NCBI GenBank assembly: GCA_002269645.1
Contig: NIVC01000376.1
Span: 663,598 to 727,597, forward strand
From: Macrostomum lignano
Taxonomy: Eukaryota
Length of the DNA: 64,000 bases
Direction of reading: 5' to 3'
The notes beneath the pieces are model-generated. The model did no database searches and was not told the origin of the DNA. It was given only the letters and a program-made list of their open reading frames with translations. Both the position numbers and the translations under genes were made by a program. Shown here piece after piece: positions 12,284-29,599 of this stretch. Within the stretch, counting starts at the first letter, position 1, and each line of letters starts with the position of its first letter.

Positions 12284-12601
12284 TCATCCAAACCGCGGCC
12301 GGCTCATGGAGTTCAGGTAGCGGCGCAGGCTCGACAGGTACCGAGCAGCTTCAGCAGCGGATCGAAACTCGCCACTGGAGCCGAGGCTTCGCTTGCCGAA
12401 TTGCGGTCTCGGCACCGAGTGAACGTGGCGATCCAGGTAAGCCAGGTACTTGGCAACTTCCTCAATCGAGCCAAGGCTCTGCAGCCTCGGGGACGGCGGT
12501 TGCGGCGACCGTTTCACCGGGAAGAGAGACGAGCCGGAGGCCGTCAGAATCAAACAGAAGCTGCAGATGACGGCAAACCGAACTGATGTCCTGCCGATCA
12601 T
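12284..12601 (-). CDS. Neuropeptide F/Y-family precursor with two tandem amidated peptides (…RPQF-amide and …RPRF-amide)
   Basis: Signal peptide (MIGRTSVRFAVICSFCLILTASG), KR, 37-aa peptide 1 ending PRPQF-GKR, then 33-aa peptide 2 ending SRPRF-G-stop. Peptide 2 has Tyr 10 and 17 residues from its C-terminus, as in NPY/NPF. Two minus-strand AATAAA signals follow at 12192-12197 and 12154-12159. Confidence 0.9.
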   Translation of the reverse strand: MIGRTSVRFAVICSFCLILTASGSSLFPVKRSPQPPSPRLQSLGSIEEVAKYLAYLDRHVHSVPRPQFGKRSLGSSGEFRSAAEAARYLSSLRRYLNSMSRPRFG

Positions 12602-12680
12602 TTTCGATGCTTATTTAAAAGCGACTGTTTATCTTTAAAGAAAAAATATTTCGTCAAGCTCGATGTGGCGAGAAGAAAAG

Positions 12681-12688
12681 TGACGTCA
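12681..12688. promoter_or_regulatory. Perfect CRE palindrome TGACGTCA 80 bp upstream of the neuropeptide ATG
   Basis: Exact 8-mer seen in sequence. Function is inferred only. Confidence 0.4.
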
Positions 12689-13930
12689 ATCGCATGCTGA
12701 GGTACCATATTAAGCTTTTGCCTTCACCTCACGCCATCCATAGCAGCTTTTCTTGGTTTGATTGGACTGTGACTCAGTGGGCCAATGGACGGATTTGAGT
12801 AAATTTACGAAGCCTGTCTTACCGGATTGAGCAGAAACTTCTCCTTGATTCGTTTTAGCTTATGTCATCAACGCTTTTGTTTTGTGCAGGAATATGTCAT
12901 TGTCGACTGATTAAACAGGCAGTAATTCCTCATTCTTTCACCTTAGATAACTAAGAATGTACTGTCACTCGAGTTTCTAAACTCAAAACAACCATCTGTG
13001 ATCCCTAAATGCATGAATTTGGCTCCTGTACATGTACTTCCCACTTAAGCACACGTATTGCTTAAGCAGCCGAATGGGAAAGGATAACTGTGACGTTTTT
13101 CATGTCTCTCTCATATCGATGCGCCGCTTTGCTCAAAGCCCGGCATTCTATTTGCAATCGATATTTTAGGAGAGAGGCGGTAGGCAAACACCGGCGGCTG
13201 TCTCTCGCGGTATCAGGCTGCCCGACGCAGCCCACTGGCAGGATTTGTCAACAGCTCCGGGGGGGCCGGTGAGTGATGACACGCCAGCCATCCGGTGTTT
13301 CCTCACGACTTCCGTTCCTTCAATCTTGCGTTCTGAATTTCAGTAAAAAGTACATGCAAAGCTATTTGTTATTTTTTAGACATTTCCGCTTTCGAGAGCT
13401 GCTAGCCTTGAAGAAGTTGTCTCAGAAATCCAAACCTGTGTATACAAAATTGGGTCTTCGCTTCCATCTGTATCCGCTTCAGTGAGTTTCAGAAACGATT
13501 TTCGTAGGCGTAGCACGCAGCCAATGCGTCTGCTACACGGATGAAGAGAAATTATATTCTTGCAATACAATTCCTGGGTAAGAGTTTTGAAAGACTCTCG
13601 ACTGATGGACCACCAGTTCGATCTACAATGTTCGAGGAGAATTAGAAAACTCACTACTATCATGTATTTAGCGTGTGGTTAAATACGAGTACATCAACAT
13701 TAATATACGGAAGCTTGTAAATTAGTGGCTAGCGTGGTGCATGCATGTCATAAGAAATAACTATTGAAAGAATGTCCCAGTGTCAATGGTTTCTGTTAAT
13801 GGGCACTTACAAAAGTGAATATTGTTTCAGGTATGTCAGGTAAGTTTCAGGAAATTCTAAAAGGCACGTCTGGAATTAATTTGTATGATGTATAGCCCGC
13901 TGAGAGAACCGGCTCTTCGAAGTCTCCTTT

Positions 13931-16900
13931 CTAAACAAAGTCTGATCTTTGCTTATTGTTGAAACATTCGCAGGCTCCAGCCGTCGCGATCGTAGCAGCT
14001 TCAGCGTTCAGGGCCGTATCGCTGAAAGGAATTTCCTGCTGCAGATGCTGCTGCTCCGGTTGAGTTACTGCTGGCTCCTCATTGGATGAAGCGGCTCGTC
14101 GATTCGACAGACGGCTCTGCCAATGCACCGCCAGCTTGATGAGCAGTTCCAGGACCTCGACAAGCCACACCAAGGTCAGGCCGATCCACATGGACAGCAG
14201 GCCACCGATCTGACTAAGCGTGGAGGCCAGAGTGCGCACCGGTTTGTCAACAATCTGCAGCACCGTGAAGTCTTTGCGACTGATGCGCAGCGTCAGGAGA
14301 CTGCGGGACACCAGCTTGTTGCTGATCACCAGCTTGGCGGCTTCGGTCTGAGCAAAGCAATCGGGCGGATGATGAAATAGAAGTCTTTGGGGCTGTGACA
14401 GTGCTAATTTGCTGATAACTCACAGTTAGTTGCTTTAAAGGGAAGCTTCCTTGTGCTTCAAAAGAGAAAAAAATAGTCTCAACAATAAACACCTACAATT
14501 TTCTGATTGCCCAAGGTTGTTCCTACCTTTGAAAGCGTAAAGTAATGAGCAAGCAGAGCAAAAAGTTATTTCAGCAAGTCAAAGACAAAGACGCTGAGAT
14601 GAAGACAAAAGAGGCTCGATGGAGACACAGACATCTTTTCAGCTAAATGAAGACTATTTTAGGTAATACCTACCTATGATTTCCATTTTGAGCATTTTGA
14701 GTACAACTGGTATATCCATATAGACACCGAAAACAGAAGTGACTACTCTTGAGTAGTTAATCACGGAAATGATAGAAAAAATTTGATTTTAATTTTTGTA
14801 CTTTTATGAATTACGAACGAACTTGCAGCCATAGGGAGGCGGGGTGGCGCATACACATTGCGGCCCACTTACTTCACAAAACGTATCTAAGCTTGTACTC
14901 ACTCTGCTAGAACCTTTAGCCCGGACAACATCCTCGTACATCTGCTTCACTGTCGCGTATGCTTGCCTGGCTGGATTGTTGAGAATTGAGTGGTTTCGAG
15001 ATCGATTCGGATCTTCAAACTCGTACTCGGGGCCGTGTTGCAGCAGCGGCAGCAGCTCGCTCTCGAACAAGTGCAGCTGCATAGAGTCTCGCGGCCACAG
15101 GGCCTGAGTAGTGGACACCTCGTAGGTGAGGTAGTTGCACGGCAGAGGGCAATGATAGTCCACCTGTTGGTCAAGCGGTTACAGAAGAACAAAGTATTTT
15201 CTGAGCTAAGAAAATCGATCAGGCCTAAAGCACTGTGTATAAAATTTCTAACGTCAAAAGATCTTAAGGACCTAGGACTGAGGACCTGAGGACCTAAATT
15301 GTAAATCAAAACTACTCTAATTGACCCATGAAGGTGCTCTCCCGTCCGCTTGCGCTTTGGAGGCACAGCATCAATGTCACTGGAAAGGTTCACTAAAAAT
15401 ATTCACTAATCTCCCATAAAGACCCGAATTCAAAAGTGATTTACATCTCGAAATGAACCCAGAAGGCCGCAGCGGGTTCGCTTTGTTGTCTGCACCAACC
15501 CCCGGAGGCTGAATGAGTTGAAATCGCCGTCTAGTCGTTCGCACATGGCAGACGCATTGCCCTTGGAGTAGAGCATTGAGGCCAGCGTGCAGCCGCACTC
15601 TCGCTCGATGTACTCCTGGTGATGCAGGCGCTTGCAGGCGTCGATGGAGTAGGCAAAATTGCGGCCGAAGATGTGCAGATGCGGTGGCACTCTGTGATGG
15701 CACTCTCCGTAGGGCCTCGGCAGTCGAGTCCAGTTGACGCTGGTGAAGCGAACCTCGGTCAGCGTGCCGGGGTACACGTTGAAGCCAAGCTTTGTAACAT
15801 CCGGGAAGCTGCCTTGCTCATGCAATACTACCCTGGCGCCCATGATCTGCGTGTTCGGATCGATGGTCATGCAGTCGTCGCAGCCGATGCTGAGCTCGTG
15901 GCCCAGGTAAAGCAGCATCTCCATCTCGATGACAGGATAACTGGTATTAACGCTGAAAGTGTAGCAATTGAGCCGGCTCTGATCGTGCACTTGACGCCAG
16001 CTGCCAACTGCCTGACAGCGAGGACTGCTCATGGGCAGCTCACTGGAGCCGTCTCTATATTTTTCAGCATCTGGGCGCAAAACAGTAAGAAAACAGCTGC
16101 GAACCTGCGTTGGAAGTTTAAAAAAATTGTGAAAGTTACGTTAGATATCTGGTCAAGATAATTAAGTCACTGTTGACGTTTACAAGTTGCCAACAGTTAC
16201 GAAAGTTAGGCAACTTTAGGCAACGAAAGTTGGTTAGGAATTTATTTTCATATCACTTCTCGATAAGACAGACCTAAAGTTCACACTCATCAGTTTCGGG
16301 TTTATCAGGTTCGAGCGTTTATAACCATCCAGTAATTGCATCCGGTATTGATTTTAATGCGTTTGAAATATTGAAACTGACCAGCTGATTCAGGGTGAAG
16401 CCTAAATCTGACGGCTCGTGCCCGGCCGGTATGTTGGAGAAGTAGCTGTTCAGCGAGAAGAAACCGGCCATGTAGGGACTCAGCTGCTTCCAGTCTTCCC
16501 GGCTGATGTTCTTCAGCCTGCTCAGCTGTTTGGCCGCCTGCTTCACTGCGGCCCAATAGTCTCGAGGAGCTCGCCAGCCGTGCCGGTAGATGGTCTCGCG
16601 GCCTTGCAAAGACAGAGGCACCTGGTTGCACACCGTGATCGACGGGAACTGAGCGTCCAAGCGGTGCACGTGGCTTGGCATCTGGACGACATCGAAAGCC
16701 AAGTAGAGGTTGATGATCTGCTGCAGGTTGATGGCGCAGCCGATCATCAGGGCGGCCACGAACACCAGCCAGAGGATCTGGTAGCGCCGGCTGTCTGCAC
16801 TGACAATGCGAGGTATGCCGCGCAGACTGGTGTTGCGGCAGAAGCGCAGCAGGATGTCTCTGGCGCGCTCGCTCTGTCCCACTCGGGAGTTTTGATCGGC

Positions 16901-17026
16901 CTGCATCTCGGCGCGCTTCACCGATCGCGTTTGATGGTCGGTGCAGTCGGACTTCGTGCGAGGACCCGGGTGGATTTTTAGATACGACCAGTTTTCAACA
17001 ACTCTCCCATCAGAGATCTTTCTCAT
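13931..17026 (-). CDS. DEG/ENaC (amiloride-sensitive sodium channel family) subunit, 4 exons, about 660 aa
   Basis: Exons 17026-16382, 16104-15445, 15163-14903 and 14347-13931 are each multiples of 3 with GT-AG phase-0 introns. Motifs: FCRNTSLRGIPRI, TM1, FPSITVCN, LNCYTF, GARVVLH, PRPYGEC, YSIDAC...CGC, CPLPC...Y, and TM2 LSQIGGLLSMWIGLT. Confidence 0.93.
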
Positions 17027-18008
17027 TTCAGTAATTTATTTTCGTCACAAATTTAGAGTCCGGGAGGCGGCGTGCCTTGGCCGCGGGACAGGATATAGTA
17101 ATAGGCTGCTGATCTGCATTGAGCCGCGTCAGCTACTAAAACTGCAACTGATCACGCAGGCAGGACTGATTCAGCTTGCAGGGACCGCCTCCCCAATTGC
17201 TCTATCTCCTCCCTCATTCTCTCGCTAGCCGGCATTGATCTGAAAATGACTGCAATAATCTGCCTCCCCTTAGGCCTCTATCGTTCATAAAAAAAGTTTT
17301 TTGTCCAACCCGATCATCCGCATTAGTATGCCGTATCTCATTGCCTCATCGCTTTTGATTCCCGACCCAGCGATGTAGGGGGAGGGGGCGTTGATCATCA
17401 GTTTGATCTCCACCAGTTGGAAATGATTGATATGCAAGAGACCGCAGCTAATTACCCCTCCCCTCTCTGACAAGGTCAAAGCCAAAATGCTATTCCAATT
17501 TGTTTTTGCTTCTGTTAGAGTTCTCATAATTATCTTTTTTGACTTTTGCTAGAGGACTTCTCAAAGAGAATGTCAAATCTAATGGGTTTCCAAGTTAGTT
17601 CGAGGGCGAGCTGGACCGTGTGGTGATATTTGCTAAATAATGTCTCCAAATTTCTGTGTTTGCGCTCTGGCAGCTTAGGAAAATCAACTGCAGCAAGGGC
17701 AGGGCAGACAGGGGGGAGGGTAGAGGGGAGCCGAGTTTGAGTGGAATGAAGCAAATTGAAGCCAGAGAGAGGTAAGCTGTAACAGAGTGCCTAACGTGCC
17801 TCGGGGAGGGGCATTGAAGCCCAGCTGTTTTGCGGAGCGAATCGATTGGGTGGGTAGGCCAGTAGGTAGCGCTAACGCCAGATGGCCAAGCTGCATGGAG
17901 TATGACAGGCCTCCATGCCGGGAGGTACCTGGTTGGTAGCTAATTATTTATCATGTTCTGAGAAACGCCATTCGGGTGTTGAGCAGGCATGCGAAAGATT
18001 GTTATACA

Positions 18009-21480
<3,472 letters not shown>

Positions 21481-21989
21481 AGTCGCACGCGGACTTCTGG
21501 TTCTGAGAAAATAGTTTCACTTTCGTCGTGGTCGATATTCTGATAACAACGTTTCTTAGCACTTGTCAGTCACGAAAGTACACGACATACTTTTAAGTAA
21601 GGTTTTCGTTCGCATAATTAATAGAATTCCAACTCGGTGAAGAACTTCTTGATTTTGGTCTTCATTTGATTAATTTGATTAATTTATAGTTGGAGTACAG
21701 ATGTAGACACGAGCTAATTAAAACAAAAATTTCGTTCGAATGCTCAAAAACTCTAACCTTCCATGAATGAGTCAGACTATAGAAAGCAACGCGATCTTGC
21801 AAGCAAAGTGAGTCCTCTGGATTGATGAGCTCACCAGATATTTGGCATTGGACAAATATGAAAGCTTTTTGTAGAGCTCGAGATTCACTCTCGGCTGCTG
21901 CAAAAGAAGCAGAAAATCAGAGAACGGTCCGATACTCGCTGCTTACAAATACAAATACAAATACAAATAATGCTCTCGTACGGCGCAGG

Positions 21990-22723
21990 TTCGACTGGAA
22001 CGCCAGCGAGTGCGAGCCAATACGCCGGATGCTGGCCAACCGTCCTGCGATGCGGCAGACGTCGCCATTGTCCTGCGGGCTGCTGCCCGCCTCGCTGCTC
22101 GCGCCGGCCCTCTGCCTCGTCACCTGGGGCGCCCTGAGCCCGCGGAGGAGCCCAGCAAACGGCACTGGCAGCAGCAACGGCAGCCGCTCGTTTCGTTTCT
22201 CTCTGACTTGCACGACCGCTTTGCTGAGTCTCTACTTGGTCACGTCGCAGCGAGCCGAAGCTCTGGTCTGTCGTCTGCGGTCGCCTAAGCGACTGCGCAG
22301 GTCAAACTTTGCCGGGTGCCTCCTGGCTGCCTGACTGACTGCACTGGCCCTGTCCGTGGTTCAATCCCTGTCAGAAGTCTTTGTAGTCTGCGCTGCAGGT
22401 CCGGACTCCTGGTGCTGGCATTCAGCGTGGCGATGTCTTTGAAGATGCTGTCGCGGCCGCGGCGCTTTCAACAGTGCACCAGCGGACGGCACATCAAGCG
22501 CTCGGCGAGCCGGACTGTCCTTGCCGCGGCTCTGGTGTTCTCCATGATGCACCTGCCGCCTCTGGTGGGCGCCGGGCTGCAGAACTTTTGCCCGGGATTT
22601 GAGATCACCAGCCCAGCCGGCAAGGCGCTGCAGGGCGCCACCGAGGCCGTCTGCACCGTGCTGGTCATTGTCAGCTTCGTCCCGGACGTGCGGACTCGAC
22701 TCTGCTCGTGGCTGATCCGGTGA
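21990..22723 (+). pseudogene. Degraded class A GPCR (TM2-TM7 remnants)
   Basis: TM3-like LLSLYLVTSQRAEALV, TM4-like CLLAA*LTALALSV with TGA where Trp is expected, a frame change, then TM5-7-like LLVLAFSVAMSL, RTVLAAALVFSMMHLP and CTVLVIVSFVPDVR. Confidence 0.5.
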
Positions 22724-23029
22724 CGGCGGCGGCAGCGAGGTATCGGGTCAACAGGAGCCGTCAGGTGTCGCGCCAATCATCGACAGGTTTCCGAGGAAGT
22801 CGTGTGAAACAAAAACGATTGGATCTCACTACTCACTGAGTACTTAGTTTAAGTAGTATTAGAAAGTAGGGCAAGAATTAAAATAACTTGTAGCAGATGT
22901 AGAATCAAGGACCACTAGAAGTTACTAGAAGACCTTCTACGAGCGTAGTGATCCTTGTGTAGAATATTTGGAACTTTATGTCTTGCTTATTAAGAACATT
23001 TTTTGCTTTAGAGTAAATAGAGCCAGTAT

Positions 23030-23985
23030 CCTCACCTGTTACAGTCGGTCTCCTCACCCTGTTACAGTCGGTCTCCTCACCCTGTTACAGTCGGTCTCCT
23101 CACCCTGTTACACCCGGTCTCCTCACCCTGTTACACCCGGCCTCCTCACCCTGTTACACCCGGCCTCCTCACCCTGTTACACCCGGCCTCCTCACCCTGT
23201 TACATCCGATCTCTTCACCTGATACAGCTAGTATCTTCACCTGTTACAGTCGGTCTCCTCACCTGTTACAGCCAGCAGTATCCTCACCTGTTACATCCGG
23301 TCTCCTTACCTGTTACAGCCAGCAGTATCCTCACCTGTTACATACGGTCTCCTCACCTGTTACATCCGATCTCTTCACCTGTTACAGCCGGTCTCCTAAC
23401 CCTGTTACACCCGGCCTCCTCACCCTGTTACATCCGATCTCTTCACCTGTTACAGCCAGCAGTATCCTCACCTGTTACAGCCGGTCTCCTCACCTGTTAC
23501 AGCCGGTCTCCTCACCTGTTACATCCGGTCTCCTCACCTGTTACAGTCGGTATCCTCACCCTGTTACATCCGGTCTCCTCACCCTGTTACAGCCGGTCTC
23601 CTCACCTGTTACAGCCGGTCTCCTCACCTGTTACAGCCGGTCTCCTCACCTGTTACATCCGGTCTCCTCACCTGTTACAGTCGGTATCCTCACCCTGTTA
23701 CATCCGGTCTCCTCACCCTGTTACAGCCGGTCTCCTCACCTGTTACAGTTGGTCTCCTCACCCTGTTACAGTCGGTCTCCTCACCCTGTTACAGTCGGTC
23801 TCCTCACCCTGTTACGTCCGGTCTCCTCACCCTGTTACGTCCGATCTCCTCACCCTGTTACAGTCGGTCTCCTCACTCTATTACAGTCGGTCTCCTCACC
23901 TGTTACATCCGGTCTCCTCACCCTGTTACATCTGGCCTCCTCAACCCTGTTACAGTCGGTCTCCTCACCCTGTTACATCCAGAGT
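23030..23985. repeat. 22-23 bp minisatellite (ctcctcaccctgttacagtcggt)n
   Basis: 23-bp periodicity read directly, with single-base length variants. Confidence 0.97.
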
Positions 23986-24596
23986 AAAAGTTGCAAGCTT
24001 TACCTCTATAAAGCGAGCGTTGTCAACATCCTAGAGAGCTTATCCCCTAAGATACGTGTAGAATGCATGCAATTAGTAATCAGATACGTGAGACCAAAAC
24101 GCAGTTAATAAGCATTCGTTGATGAATCAACAGTAATAAACCTATACGCTAATTGGCCGATTTTGACAACAATCTGCCATTAGCCTATTATTGATGATCT
24201 GCACATCTATAAATATTTTATTGGGTCTAATTGCGGGCCAAGACTCATTAGAATCTCATTGACGACTTCAGTTAATTGCAAACATATGCATAATTAGACC
24301 GACGAAACTGAGCAGTTTGAGCTGTTAAAATTATGAGTCGTTTGTCCCAGAAAGATTCAGGAGTGCTTAGAGCATCTGAGCTGCTCGTCTGGTCAAATTC
24401 ATTTGAGGCTTGTACACGAATTTATTATTTTTATACGAGGGTATCACGAGCCGTACAATTGCCTTTAATTGAATCTCCGTACTGAATGCAATATCGCTAG
24501 CTACCTTCCTACAGACCTATAGTTTCTATTATTAGCAACAAAAATCAGCAAGTAGTTATGGGTCTGGTCTTACCTGTCCTGCGCCTTCGTACTGTA

Positions 24597-25322
<726 letters not shown>

Positions 25323-25639
25323 GCTCTCGGAGTAAAAATCTCAGTGTCAAACTGCTGACGACTGTGATAGCTGCTTTAGTGTCGTGAGAAAAGGTTTGAA
25401 TGAAGTGCCCCCCACACCCCCTATTGTTCGCGGCAAGATGCCTAAGAGCTATTTCTCTATGTACTTAATTTTGAGGGACTCGCTAAAACTCAGGAGCGGG
25501 CGACCACTTTGGCCTTTGCTGTCTCAGCGTTGAAAAAAGAAGAATTTTAACTAGCTCAAAGAGAAAAGTTTCATGAGCCTTGAAATTGATCGATGCAAGG
25601 AGTGGTGGTTGCAAGTTAAGTGTTTAAAAAAATTGAAAG

Positions 25640-25930
25640 CACAGAGAGAGGGACGTGAGAGAGGGAGAGGCAGGATAGGAGAGGGAGAGGGAGAGGTGAG
25701 AGAGGGATGAGAGAGTGCGAGAGTCAGGAGAGGGGAAGAGAGTGGTAGAGGTGAGAGTGGGGTGAGAGTGCGAGAGTCAGGAGAGGGGAAGAGAGTGGTA
25801 GAGGTGAGAGAGAGAGAGGGATCAGAGAGTGGGAGAGTCAGGAGAGGGGAAGAGAGTGGTAGAGGTGAGAGAGGGATGAGAGAGTGGGAGAGTCAGGAGA
25901 GGGGAAGAGAGTGGTAGAAAGGAGAAAGGT
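25640..25930. repeat. Purine-rich degenerate tandem repeat (gagagtcaggagaggggaagagagtggtagaggt)
   Basis: About four diverged copies are visible. Confidence 0.8.
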
Positions 25931-26631
25931 GAGAAGAGGTTGCAGGGCCGAGTCTGTGCCAGAGCCGCATACCGCTGTTAAGAATAATGCCGAGCACACT
26001 CCAAGCAGTCCCACCCAGAAGGGGTGGGGGCAGAAGAGGGCAGAGTTGAGAAAACGCAGAGAGAAATCTCAAGCTGTTTGCTTTTAGGCTGCTTAGCCAT
26101 GTGAGCAATTTTCGAATGGCCGACAGCGGAGAATGCTAAAGCAAACTATTCCTTAAAAATTGGCCTCCAAAAATAGAAGAGAGGCCAGCGTTGGCCTTGT
26201 TTGGACAGCAGGCATGCAAGTGGGGGACGTGTAGACGTGTAGACCTGAGCACTGAAGCGTTTGAGAGACGGCGATCTAATTTGAGGCTCTGAGATTTGCG
26301 CGCTAAAGGCATTAGTAAGCAATTATTCAATGTATTGGACTATGCGGCAAAGTAAGGCGGCCCTTTCCTCTCAACGTGCCCTGATCTGAATTTGCAGGGT
26401 TAGATACGCCTGCAGGCTTCAGTGGCCCATAGACTATGCTGTTCGGTTCAGTGCGAATCTGGAATGCAAGACTGGCTGACTCATGGACCCCTGCACCGAG
26501 CCAGTCATAGTAATTAACATTGGTACTTCATTAAATAATTAATAGCGCTACCAGTAATCAATGCAAAACTGCCGCTAAAAAACTAATGGCATCCAATTAC
26601 ACATGGCTCGTGACGTGGAATGACTATGATT

Positions 26632-27360
<729 letters not shown>

Positions 27361-27801
27361 GGTCTTTATGCTCTCTCCACGTTCGGTACTCACTATATGA
27401 GCCATGGAGCAGGCTGATCCTGAGACTAACATGTTCTTGAGTTGCCTGGACTCCTAAAGCAAGAAGCGACAGTCTACCTGACATTCCGTACTCAAGCATA
27501 GACTGAGTTTCTCGATCCAAGCAGTCAACATATGGCTGGCTCGATTTGGCTTATTGGCAGTCACGCGCTCAAGTACTTTCTTGAGCTTTGGCCTTCCTTC
27601 CAGCCCGATCGATTCTGTCTCTCCACTTGGCGACTTAACGTCGAACCTCTCTGTATCTGCGTTAGAACAGTGCTCTGAATAGATTCTACCAAAATCGATA
27701 ATTTCGACACTCGCCGCGTTTTCGTCCTGCTGAGTCCAGTCTTTAAGAGGGCAAAAGTATTTCCCAAAATCATGATACGAGCTGCTATACATTCATTTAG
27801 C

Positions 27802-28775
<974 letters not shown>

Positions 28776-29599
28776 TCTTTATTACATTTTTATATCATTA
28801 AAACTTTGAGCGATTCATATTTTTAACTATAACCTCAGTCGTAGAGTCAATTCTCCCCTACTGAGCAGCATATGACGCTCGCTATTCCAGTAATCCAGAG
28901 GTCCCATAGAAAAATCCCCACCGTAAAGGCAGCCATAGCCATGGCAGCAACTCTGGACCGGACTTGAACTCTTCCCACCCTGGAAAAATTGTCAAGCAGG
29001 AAATGAAGCAGCCCGCGCAGAAACTAGGGGAAATCTTCTCGTAGCGTTAGGGAGAAGGAAAGAGGGGGAGCAAAGCGGACGGCAGACTGTGTCACCATGG
29101 CAACGAATGCCAATAGTTTCCTAACCCTCCAGCTCAGCTCTCAGTTTCAGGCGAGACACCCCTCCACACCGCCCACTCGTACAGCACAATGGCATTGCTG
29201 CGTAGGGCATCGCTGGTTGGTGAAAAGACTTGGGGAGAGAGACAGACAGACGTGCGGCGGGGTTATTGGCCTAAGCATGTAGTGCGCCCCCAGCCAAGTA
29301 TAGATTGGTGAGTAGTGAGACCCACTGCAGTAGAATTCTCAAGGGATCCTAAGACACGGCAACGTTGGTGCGCCCACTACTAGTACACGTCTCTCTCTCT
29401 CTCTCCATCATTACTAGCTCTTTCCCCATCGCTGCTTCACAATAGTATTTGAGCACACCCCGACTGACTCAGCATAATACGCCCTAGAGAATACGCCCTG
29501 AAGAGAATTTAACAGCTTCATCAAACAAGAGACTGAAAAAGCTGAAATTTTAACATCTATCTTCTGTTGTCGAGTAAAAGAATCCAGAAAAAGCAAAAA

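Noticed and set aside
12288-12296. Possible conserved NPY intron starting CG|GTTTGG in the last Arg codon
   Set aside because: The donor is weak, no in-phase downstream FGKR exon was found, and the unspliced reading gives RFG-stop followed by two AATAAA signals. cDNA would settle it.
22330-22336. TGA in the GPCR relic as selenocysteine or readthrough
   Set aside because: It sits at an expected Trp position and is followed by a frame disruption; a nonsense mutation is simpler.
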